Source: Malacoraja senta
Taxonomy: Eukaryota
Reading direction: 5' to 3'
DNA: 64,000 nucleotides
Assembly: GCA_038087875.1 (NCBI GenBank)
Contig: CM075980.1
Coordinates: 9,424,001 to 9,488,000, forward strand
In this document: piece by piece, positions 36,770 to 49,203 of the stretch
Position numbering within the stretch: position 1 is the first letter of the stretch
Layout: every line of letters starts with the position of its first letter
Program-made: the position numbers and the translations under genes
Notes under the pieces: generated by a model
What the model was told of the DNA's origin: nothing
Database searches by the model: none
What the model saw: the letters and a program-made list of their open reading frames with translations, nothing else

Positions 36770-37111
36770 CTATAAACGCGGAGATTACCTTGACTCAGGT
36801 CCAGTCTATATCAACATCGCCGGGGAAAACCATCAAAATCACCTGTACCCTGTCAGGGGGCAGCATCAGTAGCTGGTACACGAGCTGGTACTGGCAGAAG
36901 CCGGACAGCACCCCTGTCTTCGTGTGGTATCAAAGCTCCGACAGAGGCACCGGGATTCCGGACCGATTCACGGGTTCCGTGGACTCATCCATGAACCAAA
37001 TGCATTTAACCATCACCAACGTGCAATCGGAGGACGCTGCCGATTATTACTGTGGTGTGTGGGACAACAGTAAATTCACCTTTGGGAGAGGAACCAAACT
37101 GAATCTAAACA
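36770..37111 (+). CDS. IGL: Germline-joined VJ exon, lambda/type II, cluster 2 (intact)
   Basis: 342-nt phase1/phase1 exon: (S)INAEITLTQ..ITC..SISSWYTSWYWQKP..VFVWYQSSDRGTGIPDRF..DYYCGVWDNSKFTFGRGTKLNLN, GTAAGT donor at 37112. The WYWQ and PVFVW framework is typical of elasmobranch type II (lambda) chains. Confidence 0.96.
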
Positions 37112-39523
37112 GTAAGTAAAGTATTCACGGTGTGAAACACGAATCTTTGAACTTAGGTTTTGCTTTCCATCATAAATCGTAAGTAGAAAGATCCTATTAG
37201 ACCTAAGTAGAACACAACGGGTCAGGCAGCATCTCCGGTAGACGATGGGCAATGTTTCGTGTCGGAACCTTTGCGAGACTTTCCCGAAAGGAAATATCAT
37301 CTATCTATGTCCTCCAGAGATGCTGTCTGATCCGCTGGATTACTTCAGCACTTTGTGATGTACTCAAGCTGCCAACATTCGCGATTCCTTGTTTCTCCTA
37401 CGTGAACTTGTTTTTTTTTTATTATCCTTTACCTCCATCCCTACAACACTCCGAGAAATCTGCGCTCACCTAACCGTGGCTTCTTGATCATCGTGGAATT
37501 TAACGCCTTCACATACTGACAGCTGTGCTTCAAATGCGAAGTTGTTCAATTCTGGAATGATATCCTGAAGCTCTATTTTCCCCCTTTTTTCCCAGATGTT
37601 CATGAAACCTGCTCCTTTAACATAAATACTGATTCTCTGATTTGAAGTATCCTCAAGTGGCGGGTTTCGTCCGAAACTGCTGCTATTGATCACTTTACTT
37701 CAATATAAGCGTAATGCAAACGAAAATTGTTGCCGTTACTTGACGAAGTGCTCGGGAAATTATGAGATTTTATTAGCTTACGGTATATTGTGGACTCGGA
37801 GAATACCAAATCTGAGAGTGGGCCAAATAGAATCATTGGAAGCATTCAAAGGAAAGTTAATAAACATTTGGCAAGGGATGTTGGTGAATTTAAATGGGAT
37901 AGTTTTTAAATTGTAAATACCCATTAGGGCAAATTGCGCGAAGTTGATTTCTGATCATTTTAATAATACCATGAGGATGAAGTGGCATTTCGACAGGTTT
38001 ACTATACATGCGCTCCCTACAACAGCGCCAAAACTAATTGTCAGGGAAAAGGTAAAAAACTAATATTTAAACGCTTCGCACGGCACCATTTAAATTCCCT
38101 AGACGTGAAAGTGTGGAGGATTGTTGCAAGTCTGATTCAGCTCCAGGATTAGAAACAAGAGCAGAACCGTATTCGGGTTCATTTCTCGTTCAGCTAGCCA
38201 TTGCCACCTTAGCTGATCACATTTGTGTGGATATGCCGTCAGGCTCTTTGTACCCACCTTGTAGAACCTGCAAGGGATTTTGATGCTGGTTCTCCGTTTG
38301 TCAACGAGTGTATGGTGTAGCAGAAAACACAGAGAGTTCATTATGCTGTTAAACATGATCCCTCTGATTGTTGATGTTATTTACGGGCAGGCAGTTGGTA
38401 GATCGACATGTCAAAAAGCTTAAAAGAGCGAGACATGATTTTGCCATTTTCGGATAAATTAGTGCAGAAATGGGCACACAAGTATACGAGGTTATTGCTG
38501 AATTGCTCTGAATCGAAAGATTGGAAGGAAATAGTGCAGCGTCTTAAAATTCAGCATTAAGCATCAGTTGAAATGTTTTTTAAAGTTCGAATATGTTGGA
38601 TGTTAAACCCAAAGCTCTCTGGATATGTGTCAGAAGGAATCTGGATATGTGTCTGACCAAACCATGTCTTTAGTTTTACCTTTCATTTTTCTGACCGCCA
38701 CCATCCTTGAATCATGGACTTTCTGGACGATGTGGAAGATTCACTAATATGTAACATTCTAAAGACTATTCCGGGAAAGAATTGGGATTACTATTTAAAC
38801 AAGCATTAATTTGGAAATGCTGCTCATTCTGCCAGGATGAGTTGTAATTCCATTTTTTTTCTGCCCGTTTCCATGATCTGAAGAAAATCGTAGGCTACAT
38901 GCTTTACCAAACCTCGGATGTATCAAATGAGGTTTATATATCAACGGTATTTATAAAGCATGTGACGAAGGATGTACACGGCCATGGAGCCACGGAGATA
39001 TGCAGCGGTGGAACAGACCTTAGGTCCACCTATTTCATGCCGACCGAGGTGCCCTACTTGAGCTGGTCCCATTTGCGTGTGCCAGGCCCATATCTCTTTG
39101 AACCTTTCTTATCCAAGTATTAATTCAAATGTTTTTTTTAAATGGTGTTATTGTACCTGCCTCATCAACTTCGCCGGGGAACTCTTTCCATGGAGTCAAC
39201 GCATTATGTGTACAAATGTTGCACTGAACCTAAGCCCTCTAATTCTTCATTCTCCTACTATGGGGAAAACCTTATGTATTCCGTGCGCTAACCCTATGTA
39301 TTGCCCTCGCGATTTTGTACACAGCCATGCGATCACCCTTAGGTCTTCTACACTCCAAGGGCTAACTTCCTCGCATGTCCAATCTATGCCTATAGTTCAG
39401 GCGTTCGAAACCCGGCACCGTCGTCGTAAATCTTGTCTGGAGTCATTCCAGCTGAATCGATTCTGACTTTTAACGACAACTGATAAATAATTCACTTGTA
39501 CTTATTTCAATTCTTATTTGCAG

Positions 39524-39846
39524 GTCCGCGGCCTCCCACCGTTTCCATTCTGGCGCCATCAGTGGGTGAAGTCACCACAAAAAGTACCGCCACCCTGGTG
39601 TGTTTGGTGAGCGGGTTCAATCCGGGCGCTGTGGACATTGAATGGACCGTAGACGGCAGTGCGAGAAGTGACGGCGCTGCGACCAGCCGGGTCCAGCAGG
39701 AGAAGGACAACTCGTTCAGTGCGAGCAGTTACCTGACTCTGCCAGCCTCCGACTGGAACTCACACGACCTTTACTCCTGTGTGGTTAAACACGAAACCCA
39801 GGCAAACCCGATTAAGGCCAATATCGCCAGATCCAGTTGCCTCTAA
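39524..39846 (+). CDS. IGL: Ig lambda constant exon, cluster 2 (intact)
   Basis: Acceptor tttgcag, then (S)PRPPTVSILAPS..RSSCL*. L+VJ+C = 46+342+323 = 711 nt, giving 236 aa plus stop. Confidence 0.97.
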
Positions 39847-40025
39847 TTCAAAGGATCAAATTCCCGATTTGCTACATTTCTTTGTAAATTAATCCAATAT
39901 TCAGATATCGAATGTTCGCTTTAACAGGGTATTTGTTCAAACGTAGCACGTGTGCATTTTGTTGCCTTGAATGCGCTGTCCGTATTTTACGGTGAACTGA
40001 CAAATAATAATGTAACATTTAATGC

Positions 40026-40031
40026 AATAAA
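40026..40031 (+). terminator. Candidate polyadenylation signal, cluster 2
   Basis: AATAAA at the same offset from the stop codon as in cluster 1. Confidence 0.6.
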
Positions 40032-43000
40032 ACCGATTATTCTATTTACGATGCATCGTTGTCATTTTCTGTGCAAATGTCCTTGCCTTCAATCGAATAA
40101 AAACAATAATGTCCGATGATGCCAGTGTGTATAAACTGGCATTTTGTGAAACTTCGTTATATTTCAAATAAACTGCGTTTTCATGATTGATGATGATCCA
40201 TATGTTAGGACAGCTGAAGGGACTGCTTGCAAGTACCCCCCGATTGAAGAAATTAGGTGCAAATCCGTGTCTCCTATTTTGGATATCCCAGAAATACGGA
40301 AGTGCACTCTTGGCATTACGCTAATATGCTTAAAGTACCCAAATGTCTCCAATCGATCCGCACTAAATACCATGGAAAACGCGATGAAAAGTGTGGGTTG
40401 ACGAATTAGTTAACCGCGGCATTACCGTGGTCTTTAATCAGCTCAACATTATTTACCAGGTGGTCATATATTTAAACAGTATAACGAGAGGAATAAAGTT
40501 CAGGCTCGTAGGGGTGTGCGGTAGACTCATCTTGAAGGGGGGCTTCGCACCATTAATTAACCGAAGTATATGTCGTGATTCCCAGAAATAGGATAAACAG
40601 CTTTCGGGATATGACAACTGCTTGGATGTTCTTCTCTGGGAATAACAACAAATTTTAAACAGGGGGTATAAAGTATGAAAATTATGAAAATTATAAATTA
40701 TGAAAAAATAAATTATCCGATGTGGGTAAATCGTTTCTAAAGAGACCCTCTAGTGCGATGTCGATTTCCAGTCGTAAAATACATTTATAATTATAAAATA
40801 TACAACCTATTTGACAATATTGTTAGTAACAGGTTGGGGACGTCTCCTATCTTCTTTCACCCCTTCTTCCAGGGTTATCCTTCACTCCGTTCCCCCCTTA
40901 TTTTGTGGCTGATTCCCTTTTCACCCCTAGCCTTTGCCAATTAACCCCCTACCCCATCTGCTAATCAACCGCCTCTCACATGTATCCACCTATAACTTGG
41001 CAGGCTTTATCACACCTCATATCTATTTTCCAGCTTTCTCCCCTCGGTCCCAATTAGTGCAGAAGGGTCTCGACCTGAAACGATACCTATCCATTCCCTA
41101 ATCAGATGTTGCCTGCCCCGGCGAGTCATATATAATCCAATGGCGGATTCTTGTTTTGCTGGATCTCTAACCGTGACGGCATTCATGAGAATGTTTCTTG
41201 AGATCTGTAATCTCAATGCATGAGTGGGGCCTGATGGTTTCAGTCTGAAAATTGGCGTTCATCTGCTCTTTCTGATGTATATATTAGTTCTGGTCATACC
41301 GGGCTGCTTATTGCTATTCTCTTCTTATCGATGTATATTTCACAATATTTCTTAAATGATGATATCTTTTGCGCTAGTAATCAGGTGATTGAACCGTTTC
41401 CTCAACTGATCCTCCTGTTGTATGGTGCTCAGTTACAGATCGAAAAACATCATTTAAATACTGAAATCTAACTTCCAACATTTGTTATATTAATTTCCTA
41501 CTATATTTGCAATCATGCGAACATCGCAATGTTCGGTGATGACATGGTCCATTCATGGAGTGCTAACGGCCAAATATTTCAGTCAGAAACACCAATTCAT
41601 GGCTTATTTTCAAGCCCATTGGTGTTAATGATTGAGGTTAATAATTGAAGCAATGATTTGGAACTTTGCATTAAAATACGATGAAAACAGTTATAAATGG
41701 TGAGAGACGGTTACTGCTGACATACACAAAAGCACATGTACACGCATAAATGGAGGGTAGCTGGCAGGGAAATGGGGGCGGGAGTGGGTGGTGTGTAGGC
41801 GAGCGGGACCAGTCACCCCTGGCCCCTAAAATAATAGTTATTGAGCCGCTCAGAACGACCTCATTTTGTAGCACCGCTGTTGCACAAGTGAACATCTACT
41901 ACAAATTTCATTACTTCGCCATAAGAGCTCCCTTTGCCATTGAACCTATATTGTGTTAACTTGTGCTTAAGTGTTGAACTAATCTTAAGTAGTGAAGACC
42001 TCCGCAATACTTGAGAGACATTACTGCTTGTCAAAGCTGCTGATGGCATTCAATGTTTTTGAAAGCAACGACGTTCATGCAACCATATAAATTAATTCAC
42101 ATTTCGAAACACAACAAAAATATTGAAAATAAAGCTATATACAAATAGCAAATATAGCTACATACAACAGTAAATCTTACAGATGACAATTGAAAACATT
42201 GAAACAATCTCACTTGAGTAAAATACTGCTAATCACGTCAGTTAACCGTTTCCATCATTGACATTTCTCTCAATTCAAATGAATGGACTTGCCGTTCCGC
42301 TCCCGTTTAATGGACAAGTTCCTCAAAATAATTGTTGTTAAGTTCAGCAAATTCCTGCTCCATTGCCAAACTCCACCAAGAGTATAAATTTGAACGAAGG
42401 TAGAGATAATCGGTGAACCCAAATCAGCAAAGGTGATCTCTGTGCGCCGTTTGAACATTCATCGGTAGATAGTAGATGGCATTATTGTCTCACATATGTC
42501 TGAAGAAAAGTCTCGACCCGAAACGTCACTCATTCCTTCTCTCCAGAGATACTGCCTGTCCCGCAGTTACTCGAGCTTTTTATGTCTATCTTCGGTTTAA
42601 ACCAGCATCTGTAGTTCCCTCCTACACATATGTCCATACTTGTGAGCATTACAATTTATTGCAGAGATGATATACATTTACAGTCAATTGTATACAATAT
42701 CACGACAATGATATTGTTGCAAAATCCATATAAAATCCATAAACGTGAACGCATCCTAATGCATGCAATAGTGTGCATGCCCGTGACCTAATTACACCGA
42801 TTTAATAGGCGAGTATTGGTGCAGATGGTGTTGGATTAGGAAGGCGAATATCTTTTAATCCTTTGAATTTCTATACTAAGGATTAAGAAATTATGTATGC
42901 AATTATGTAAGTCAGATGATTTGACACAGGCACATAGAAAATATATATAATCTTAATGGTAAATCAGAGTTTCATATTCTTCAATTTAATATAATGATAA

Positions 43001-44018
43001 ATAGAATTTATGCAGTGCGTACTTTGTCCTACGTGAGTCAAATAAATGGAGGGTGGACATTATTGGTACAAACTCATATCCTGACATTTAGATGCAGCGT
43101 TGTACTTTCATATTGTGTTTGACCTGTGATGCAGCAGATTTTGGAGCAAGAGCCTGCAACACTAAAACATAATGCTGTCCTAACCATTAGTATTTTATTT
43201 ATCAAATAAACAACATTTTATTGATTTTATGCAGAGTGGGCTGAAAATAACTGGAAACACTTCAGTCTTTGTGTAAGAAGGAACTGCAGATGCTCGTTTA
43301 AACCGAAGATAGACGCAAAAAGCTGGTGTAAGTCAGCGGGTCAGACATCTTTGGAGCATCCCTGGAGAAAAGGAATAGAATCCCTTCTTCAGTGATTTCC
43401 AAAAACGGGCACCCAACTTTTACAATTCAAGTTTCTGACAATTTGTGGGGTATCGGTGACATTTCATAATTAGTATTCGAGGAGAACTTTTAAAATAGTG
43501 TACATATGCCAGTGCAAGTGTTATAACGTCATTGCAGATACGCTCCTCTCCTCCCTGCACTCCACCTGAATTCGCATCCATTTCTTTCACCCCCACCCCG
43601 GTCCCCTTCCAACAACATTCATCCTCAGGATTCACAATTCGCACTTTTTCTACCATTATCTCACTCTTTTCCTCTTTTCATCTCTGGCCTTGTCCAACCA
43701 TCCGCCAATTACCACCCCTTCACCTTTCACATCTCAGGCTTTGCCCTGATCCCACTTGTCTTTCAACTTTCTCACCCACCCCACCACAATCAGTCTCTAC
43801 GAAGGACCCAGATCCGAAACGCACTTAAAAATGTCACCTTCTTCGGAGATGCTGCCTGACTTGAGTTACTCAAGCACTTTGTGTCTAATTTGCAGATAAT
43901 CATTGTTTTATTAATCATTGTTAGCCCTATTCCGTCTGCTCTGCTTTCAATCATGGTTGATCTATCTTTCGTTCTCAACCACCTTCTCCTGCTTCCTCCT
44001 CAGAAACCCCGACACCCT

Positions 44019-44773
44019 GGGCCTGTCCCACTTTCACGACCTAATTCACGACCTTTTTTAAGGACCTGTCCCACTTTCCCGAGTTACTCACGAACTCTCC
44101 CGAGTTTTCCCCTTGATTCGAACCCTGAGAATTACGGTAATAGCCGTTCGTAGGTACTCGGGGCTATTTTTTTAAACTCGTGGACATTTTTCAACATGTT
44201 GAAAAAACGTTCCCACTTACCTGATGCCCCGAGTTCCTACGGCTGGCATTAAGAGCCGCTACGAAACATCTACGGACTCCATCGGGCTCCTACGAGCTCG
44301 CTACCGACATTACCCGACATTCCCCGAGTTCGAATCAAAGGGTAAACTCGGGAGAGTTCGTGAGTAACTCGGGAAAGTGGGACAGGGGCTTTACTCGTGG
44401 ACATTTTTCATCAGGCTAGAAAAACGCCCCGATCTACTTGATGCCACGTGCACCTACAGCCAGCATCACGACCTACCCACGACCCACCTACGACCCCGTG
44501 ACAACCATGCTGCGAGTATGTCAAGGACAAACTCGGCAGAGGTCGTGCATCAGGTTGTGCGCACGACCTGATTCACGAACTCGGTCGAGGTTGCCCTTGA
44601 CTCATACTCGCAGCATGGGCGTCACGAGGTCGTAGGAGGTCGAAGGAGGTGGTGGGTCGTAGCAGGGCGCCATGCTAGTCGTAGGTACTCGTGGTATCAA
44701 GTAGATCGGGGCGTTTTTCAACATGATAAAAAATGTCCACGCGTAAAAAAGTTAGTGAATTAGGTTGTGAAAG
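44019..44773. mobile_element. Outer PIF/Harbinger-type MITE (right terminus truncated)
   Basis: Left end GGGCCTGTCCCACTTTCACGACCTAATTCAC is inverted against GTGAATTAGGTTGTGAAAG at 44755-44773; further internal arms 44394-44450 vs 44690-44745. Confidence 0.7.
44061..44390. mobile_element. Inner PIF/Harbinger-type MITE with long TIRs and TTA target duplication
   Basis: CCTGTCCCACTTTCCCGAGTTACTCACGAACTCTCCCGAGTTT is perfectly inverted at 44346-44388; TTA flanks both sides (44058-44060 and 44391-44393). Confidence 0.88.
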
Positions 44774-45440
44774 AATGTGTCAACCTCTGCTTTAAAAATA
44801 TCCATTGATTTGGCCTTCGGAGCTGTCTGTGGCATTGAATTCCACGGTTTCACCACCGTCTGACGAAATAATTTTCTCCTCATCTCCTTTCTAAAGGTAT
44901 GTCCTTTTATTTGGAGGCTATGACCTCTGGTCCTAGTTTCTCCCACAAGTGGTAACATCCTCTTCACATCCACTCAGTCCACTCAGTCCAGGCCTTTCAC
45001 TTTTCCATAGGTTTGAATCAGGGCCCCCCTCATCCTTCCAAACTCCAGTGAGTACTAGGCAAACTAGTGCAATCAAACACTCTTCATATGTTAACCCAAT
45101 CATTCCTGTGATCATTCTCGTAAACATCATCTGGACCCTCTCAAATGCCAGCACATCCTTCATCATATATGGCGCCCCAAACTGCTCATAATACTCCAAT
45201 GCGGTGTGACCAGTGCTTCATAAAGCCTCAGCATTGCATACATTCTAGTCATCTAGAAATAAATGCTAGCATTGCATTTGCCTTCCTTAATACTGATTCA
45301 ACGTGCATTTTTTGGGGAATCCTGCACTACCAAGTCCCTTTGCATCTCTGATTTCTGAAATCTCTCCCCATTTAGAAAATAGTCTAAACCTTTATTCCTT
45401 ATACCAAAACGCATTACTTCACACTTCACTACGCTGTATT
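44774..45440 (-). mobile_element. Old CR1 RT C-terminal fragment
   Basis: Minus-strand pieces QFGAPYMMKDVLAFERVQMMFTRMI and GETRTRGHSLQIKG. Confidence 0.8.
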
Positions 45441-46593
45441 TCTAAGTATGTTATAGTATATACTTTCCATAAAACATCAGTTAAAGATTTAGAACGTGAT
45501 TTAAGAATATCATAAAACTTCACACTGCAACTGATTTGGAAGCTAGTGAATAAGGGTGAGTATATTGATTTAAATAACTTTTTAACCAAGATTTGTCTCA
45601 TTTGTTTCTCTTGAATAAATGTTTTCTATATCGCCTTGAATTGCCAAATGTTACTGACTTATTAATACATCCATGGCTTAATGAGAAAATCAAGACAAGG
45701 TAGATGATGGGCTGGAGTTACTGACCAACCAGCATTCACACGTGCCATAATTTCGAGCAATATTCTATATATTTTATAAACAAACATGGGGTAGTCAAAA
45801 CGTCAGAAAAACTGGTGATTTTTGCATTGATCTTTTTTCAGATTTTTGGTTGTAATTAATAATGAGTTTGATGAAATTCACAATTTGTATTTTATTTTAA
45901 ACTAACTTTAGTTATGAACTGCCGATTTACGAAGGGATGAATATGATGGAAAGTGAGAATGTTAACATAAAGAACAAATGCTAGAAAGAGTTAGCAGACC
46001 CGATACCATCCACGTGGAGAGAAAGGGGTGGCACTCTACCTCTTTCAATAGGTCCCCAATTGCTCAATGGTTCTTTATTGTCGCTAATGCAGTGCACAGT
46101 GAATTTCTTTTTGCATACGCACGTCGCCTTATTTAGGCGCAATTTACACAAAGAAACAGTCCATAGTTCAAAGTCAGGTCCACATGCTGGATGTACTGGA
46201 GAGCTCCAGATCCAAATAAGCCCAGGTAGCCCCAAGCTGTTGCAGACCCTTCTCCGACGCCCTCGACCGGCCTGGCCCACGGACAGACGTCCCTCTCCTC
46301 GTCCGACAGCCTCTGAGGGCAGCGGCACGCCAAGTCCTTCTTCGTGGCGGCGAGCCAGGCCTGTGCCGCACGTGACAGCGGGCGGCCCTCCAGGTCCGTC
46401 TTTGTTCGCGGCTACCCAGCAGATTATTAGTGGCGGCCGGCAGGGTCCGTCTTCATTCGTGGTGGTCCGTCTGTGTGCAGAATGTTCCAGTTCTATTCCG
46501 TGTCTGCCAATCTGTAAGGACAGGGGACTATAGCACCAATAATACAATACATAATACAAATTCACGCTCACGTACACTTGCTCCTACTTCCAG

Positions 46594-46754
46594 ACCCCCG
46601 CGCCCCCCCCCCCCCCCCACCCTCCATGCAGTGTCAATTGTACTCCTGTGTGGTTCAACACGAGACTCAGGCAAACCCGCTTCAGACAAACATCGTGAGA
46701 TCCGGTTGTAACAGGGTCACAAGCAACTTTAGGCCAAGGATCATGTCCCTGTAA
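46594..46754 (+). pseudogene. IGL: Orphan, internally deleted Ig lambda constant exon (mini-C), still in frame
   Basis: Pyrimidine tract + CAG acceptor (46591-46593). Phase-1 reading is (N)PRAPPPPPPSMQCQLYSCVVQHETQANPLQTNIVRSGCNRVTSNFRPRIMSL*. The LYSC..RSGC block is 58/72 nt and 18/24 aa identical to the cluster 2 C-terminus. Confidence 0.85.
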
Positions 46755-46990
46755 CCGTGACAGTGCCAGGAAAGTTCTCAATAAGCAAAATGGATAGGCC
46801 TTTCCTTTTGTGATCCACTGTACCTTTCATTAATCATTTACTCCTCGTGATATGGAAGCAGCGTAATCATTCAAATTTAGTTATGCCTCAAGAACGTGTA
46901 AATTTAAATTTACCTGTAGCATTGTTTCCATGGCAAGATGTACGGTGCTGTAAGGAAAAACAAAATGAGCAACCATTTAAATCCTCGAGA

Positions 46991-47830
46991 CTCCGGAAGT
47001 GGCGGCGCTGCCCTAGCAGCTGCGACTCGCCTGCAGTCCGTCTGTTTTTTGTTTTTTGTTTTTTTTCCTTTTGTCCCGTTTTAGTTAATTTTAGTTTATT
47101 AGGTTGTGTATGTGTGTGTGTTGGGGGGGGGGGGTGGAAGAAACATGTTTTTGGTCTTTTCCTTCGGGGGGATGCGACCTTTTCTTGTCGTATCCCCCGT
47201 CTCCGTCTCCGTCTGCGCTGAGGCCTAATGGCGGAGCTGACGGCGTCCAACTGGGACCGATCTCGAGGCTCCGGAGGCAGAGCCAGCCAGGACTTACCAA
47301 CGCGAGGCTGGCCGACTTCGGGACTGTGGCGGCGTTGCGGCGGCGGCGACCCGACTTCGGAGCCTCGGAGGCTCGACCGCGGGCTCAGTGGACGACATGG
47401 TCGGGAGCTCGCAGGTCACAGGTTGGTGACCTGTTTCTCCGGATCTCCCGCAATAACAGCTTCGTCCGCTGGACTGGAGGGCGGTAGCTTCGGCAGCTTC
47501 GACCGCCCCGGGCCGCGGAGTTTGAACTGACCCGTTCGCGGAGCTCGGATTCAGCTGCGGGACTGACTCACTTACCATCACCCGGTGGGGTCACAACATC
47601 GGAAGCCTGGATCGCCTCAGCGCAGAGGGAGAACAAGGAGGGAAGAGACAAGGAGACTTTTGCCTTCCATCACAGTGAGGAGGTGCCTGGTGGACTCACT
47701 GTGGTGGATGTTAAATCTGTGTTTATTGTGTGTTTTTGTTATTTTATTTTATGTTATGACTGCAAGGCACGACATTTCGTTCAGACTGAAAGGTCTGAAT
47801 GACAATAAAGGATCTTGAACTTGAACTTGA
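46991..47830 (+). mobile_element. Non-coding GC-rich retroposon with LINE-type 3' end
   Basis: Starts CTCCGGAAGTGGCGGCG; ends AATAAA (47804-47809) + (CTTGAA)n tail; no convincing ORF. A related reverse-oriented element is suspected at ~46030-46550. Confidence 0.55.
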
Positions 47831-48022
47831 GTCTATTCTAGTATTCAAAGAGATCAACGCTGTATCTGACTTGACTTAATCGTCGCACAGTTAAAAAGCA
47901 ATTAACATTTAAAAATAAGAAAGTGTAGCATGATTCTGAATGTTTGAAAAGTGAAATTTAAAAAGGCATCGGCTGACATTTCAGCCATTACAGCCGTTGG
48001 AGCAATACAACTTTAACAGTCA

Positions 48023-49203
48023 CTAGGCCCCGTTCCCCCGTTCCCCCCACGCAATATTTCACCAAACTGCGCATGCGCAGCTGACGGACCCGCAGGCGTG
48101 ACTGCCGCGTTCAAAGTTGTGCCGGTGACGGCAGAAATTAAGTTAAAGTTAATAAAGTGAATAGAGGACCCGTGGAGGCATTTGTAAAGGAGAACGAAAC
48201 TTACCCGTGGAGCCATTGGGTCCCCGTTGTGAGGCCAGGCAAGTACACGCGGAAAAAAAACATGGCGATGTGAAAGTCGATTGCAAGATGGCGGTAGGCC
48301 AACTGCGCAGGGGGCGGACCCATTGGGATCCCATTGTGACATAATTGTGACGTCGAACGCGGCTGATGGGCAGGGCGTGGAAAAGTGTTTATTTTTGTAA
48401 AGTTTAAAATGTCAATAACGTAAAATATACCATAAATCTGAAGGAAACTTGTTTCATTTACATCACAGGACAATGGTGTGAAAGGTGGGCCAAAAATTGT
48501 ACCGCTATCGTGTTCTGTTTTGGCAGAGTTTCGGGAACACACACACACACACACAAACAAACAAACAAACAATCAAAATGAGAGTTTTAGTAATATACTA
48601 GACCAAATGCAGGTCTGCTCCCCCAACGCAGCCGTGTCCTACCCGTAGCCCCCACGGGAGGCGCGGTCTTCCAACTCAAGCCGAAAAATTTAGAGTGTTT
48701 CAGTGAAGCTGATCACTGCTAGCTGAGCCATTGTGACGTCATCAGTTGAAGCTGGTCTTTTTAAATTTAAAGTCTTTTGATTTTTTTAAACTTTAATCAG
48801 TAATGTCGAAAAATAAAGCATAAAATGTTCAGTGAAGGTGTCTCTGCCTAGAGGGGAAAAATTTGAATCAGAATATGTAAACATCTTGTGAAAGTTGGCA
48901 TTTTAAAGCTTTAATCACAAATAATGTGAAATGTAGGATGAAATATACAGTGAAGCTGATCACTGCCAGTGTGACGTCATCAGTGAAAGCTGGTCATTTT
49001 AAATTCAAATTCTTTTCATGTTTTTAAACTTCTTACTTACTTTTAATCAGTAACAAGGAGAAATAAAGCATAAAATGTTCAGTGAAGGTGTTTTCGGCCT
49101 CGAGGGGAAAATGTCAATCAGAATATGTAAAAATGTTATTGTTATCGCGTAGTGTTTTCGCGAAGATGTAAAGACAACCACATATACACACACATATACA
49201 CAC
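48023..49203 (-). mobile_element. Two adjacent non-autonomous Helitron-like elements (tentative)
   Basis: Minus-strand CTAG|T ends at 48023-48026 and 48598-48601. The minus-strand 5' end TATATTACTAAAA is followed by (GTTT)n(GT)n (48537-48570). The second element has an internal ~240 bp diverged duplication. Confidence 0.4.

Larger units (their letters stand above)
22986..41164 (+). repeat. Segmental duplication unit 2 (contains IgL cluster 2)
   Basis: Colinear with 7435-21459; longer because of CR1 insertions at 25328-28881 and 35046-35554 plus smaller indels. Confidence 0.93.

Noticed and set aside
41165-46500. Search for a VJ exon, leader or promoter module belonging to the orphan C
   Set aside because: No GTCACGTGG-octamer module, WYWQ or FGxGT coding remnant was seen by eye on either strand; a sensitive HMM search could still find decayed pieces.
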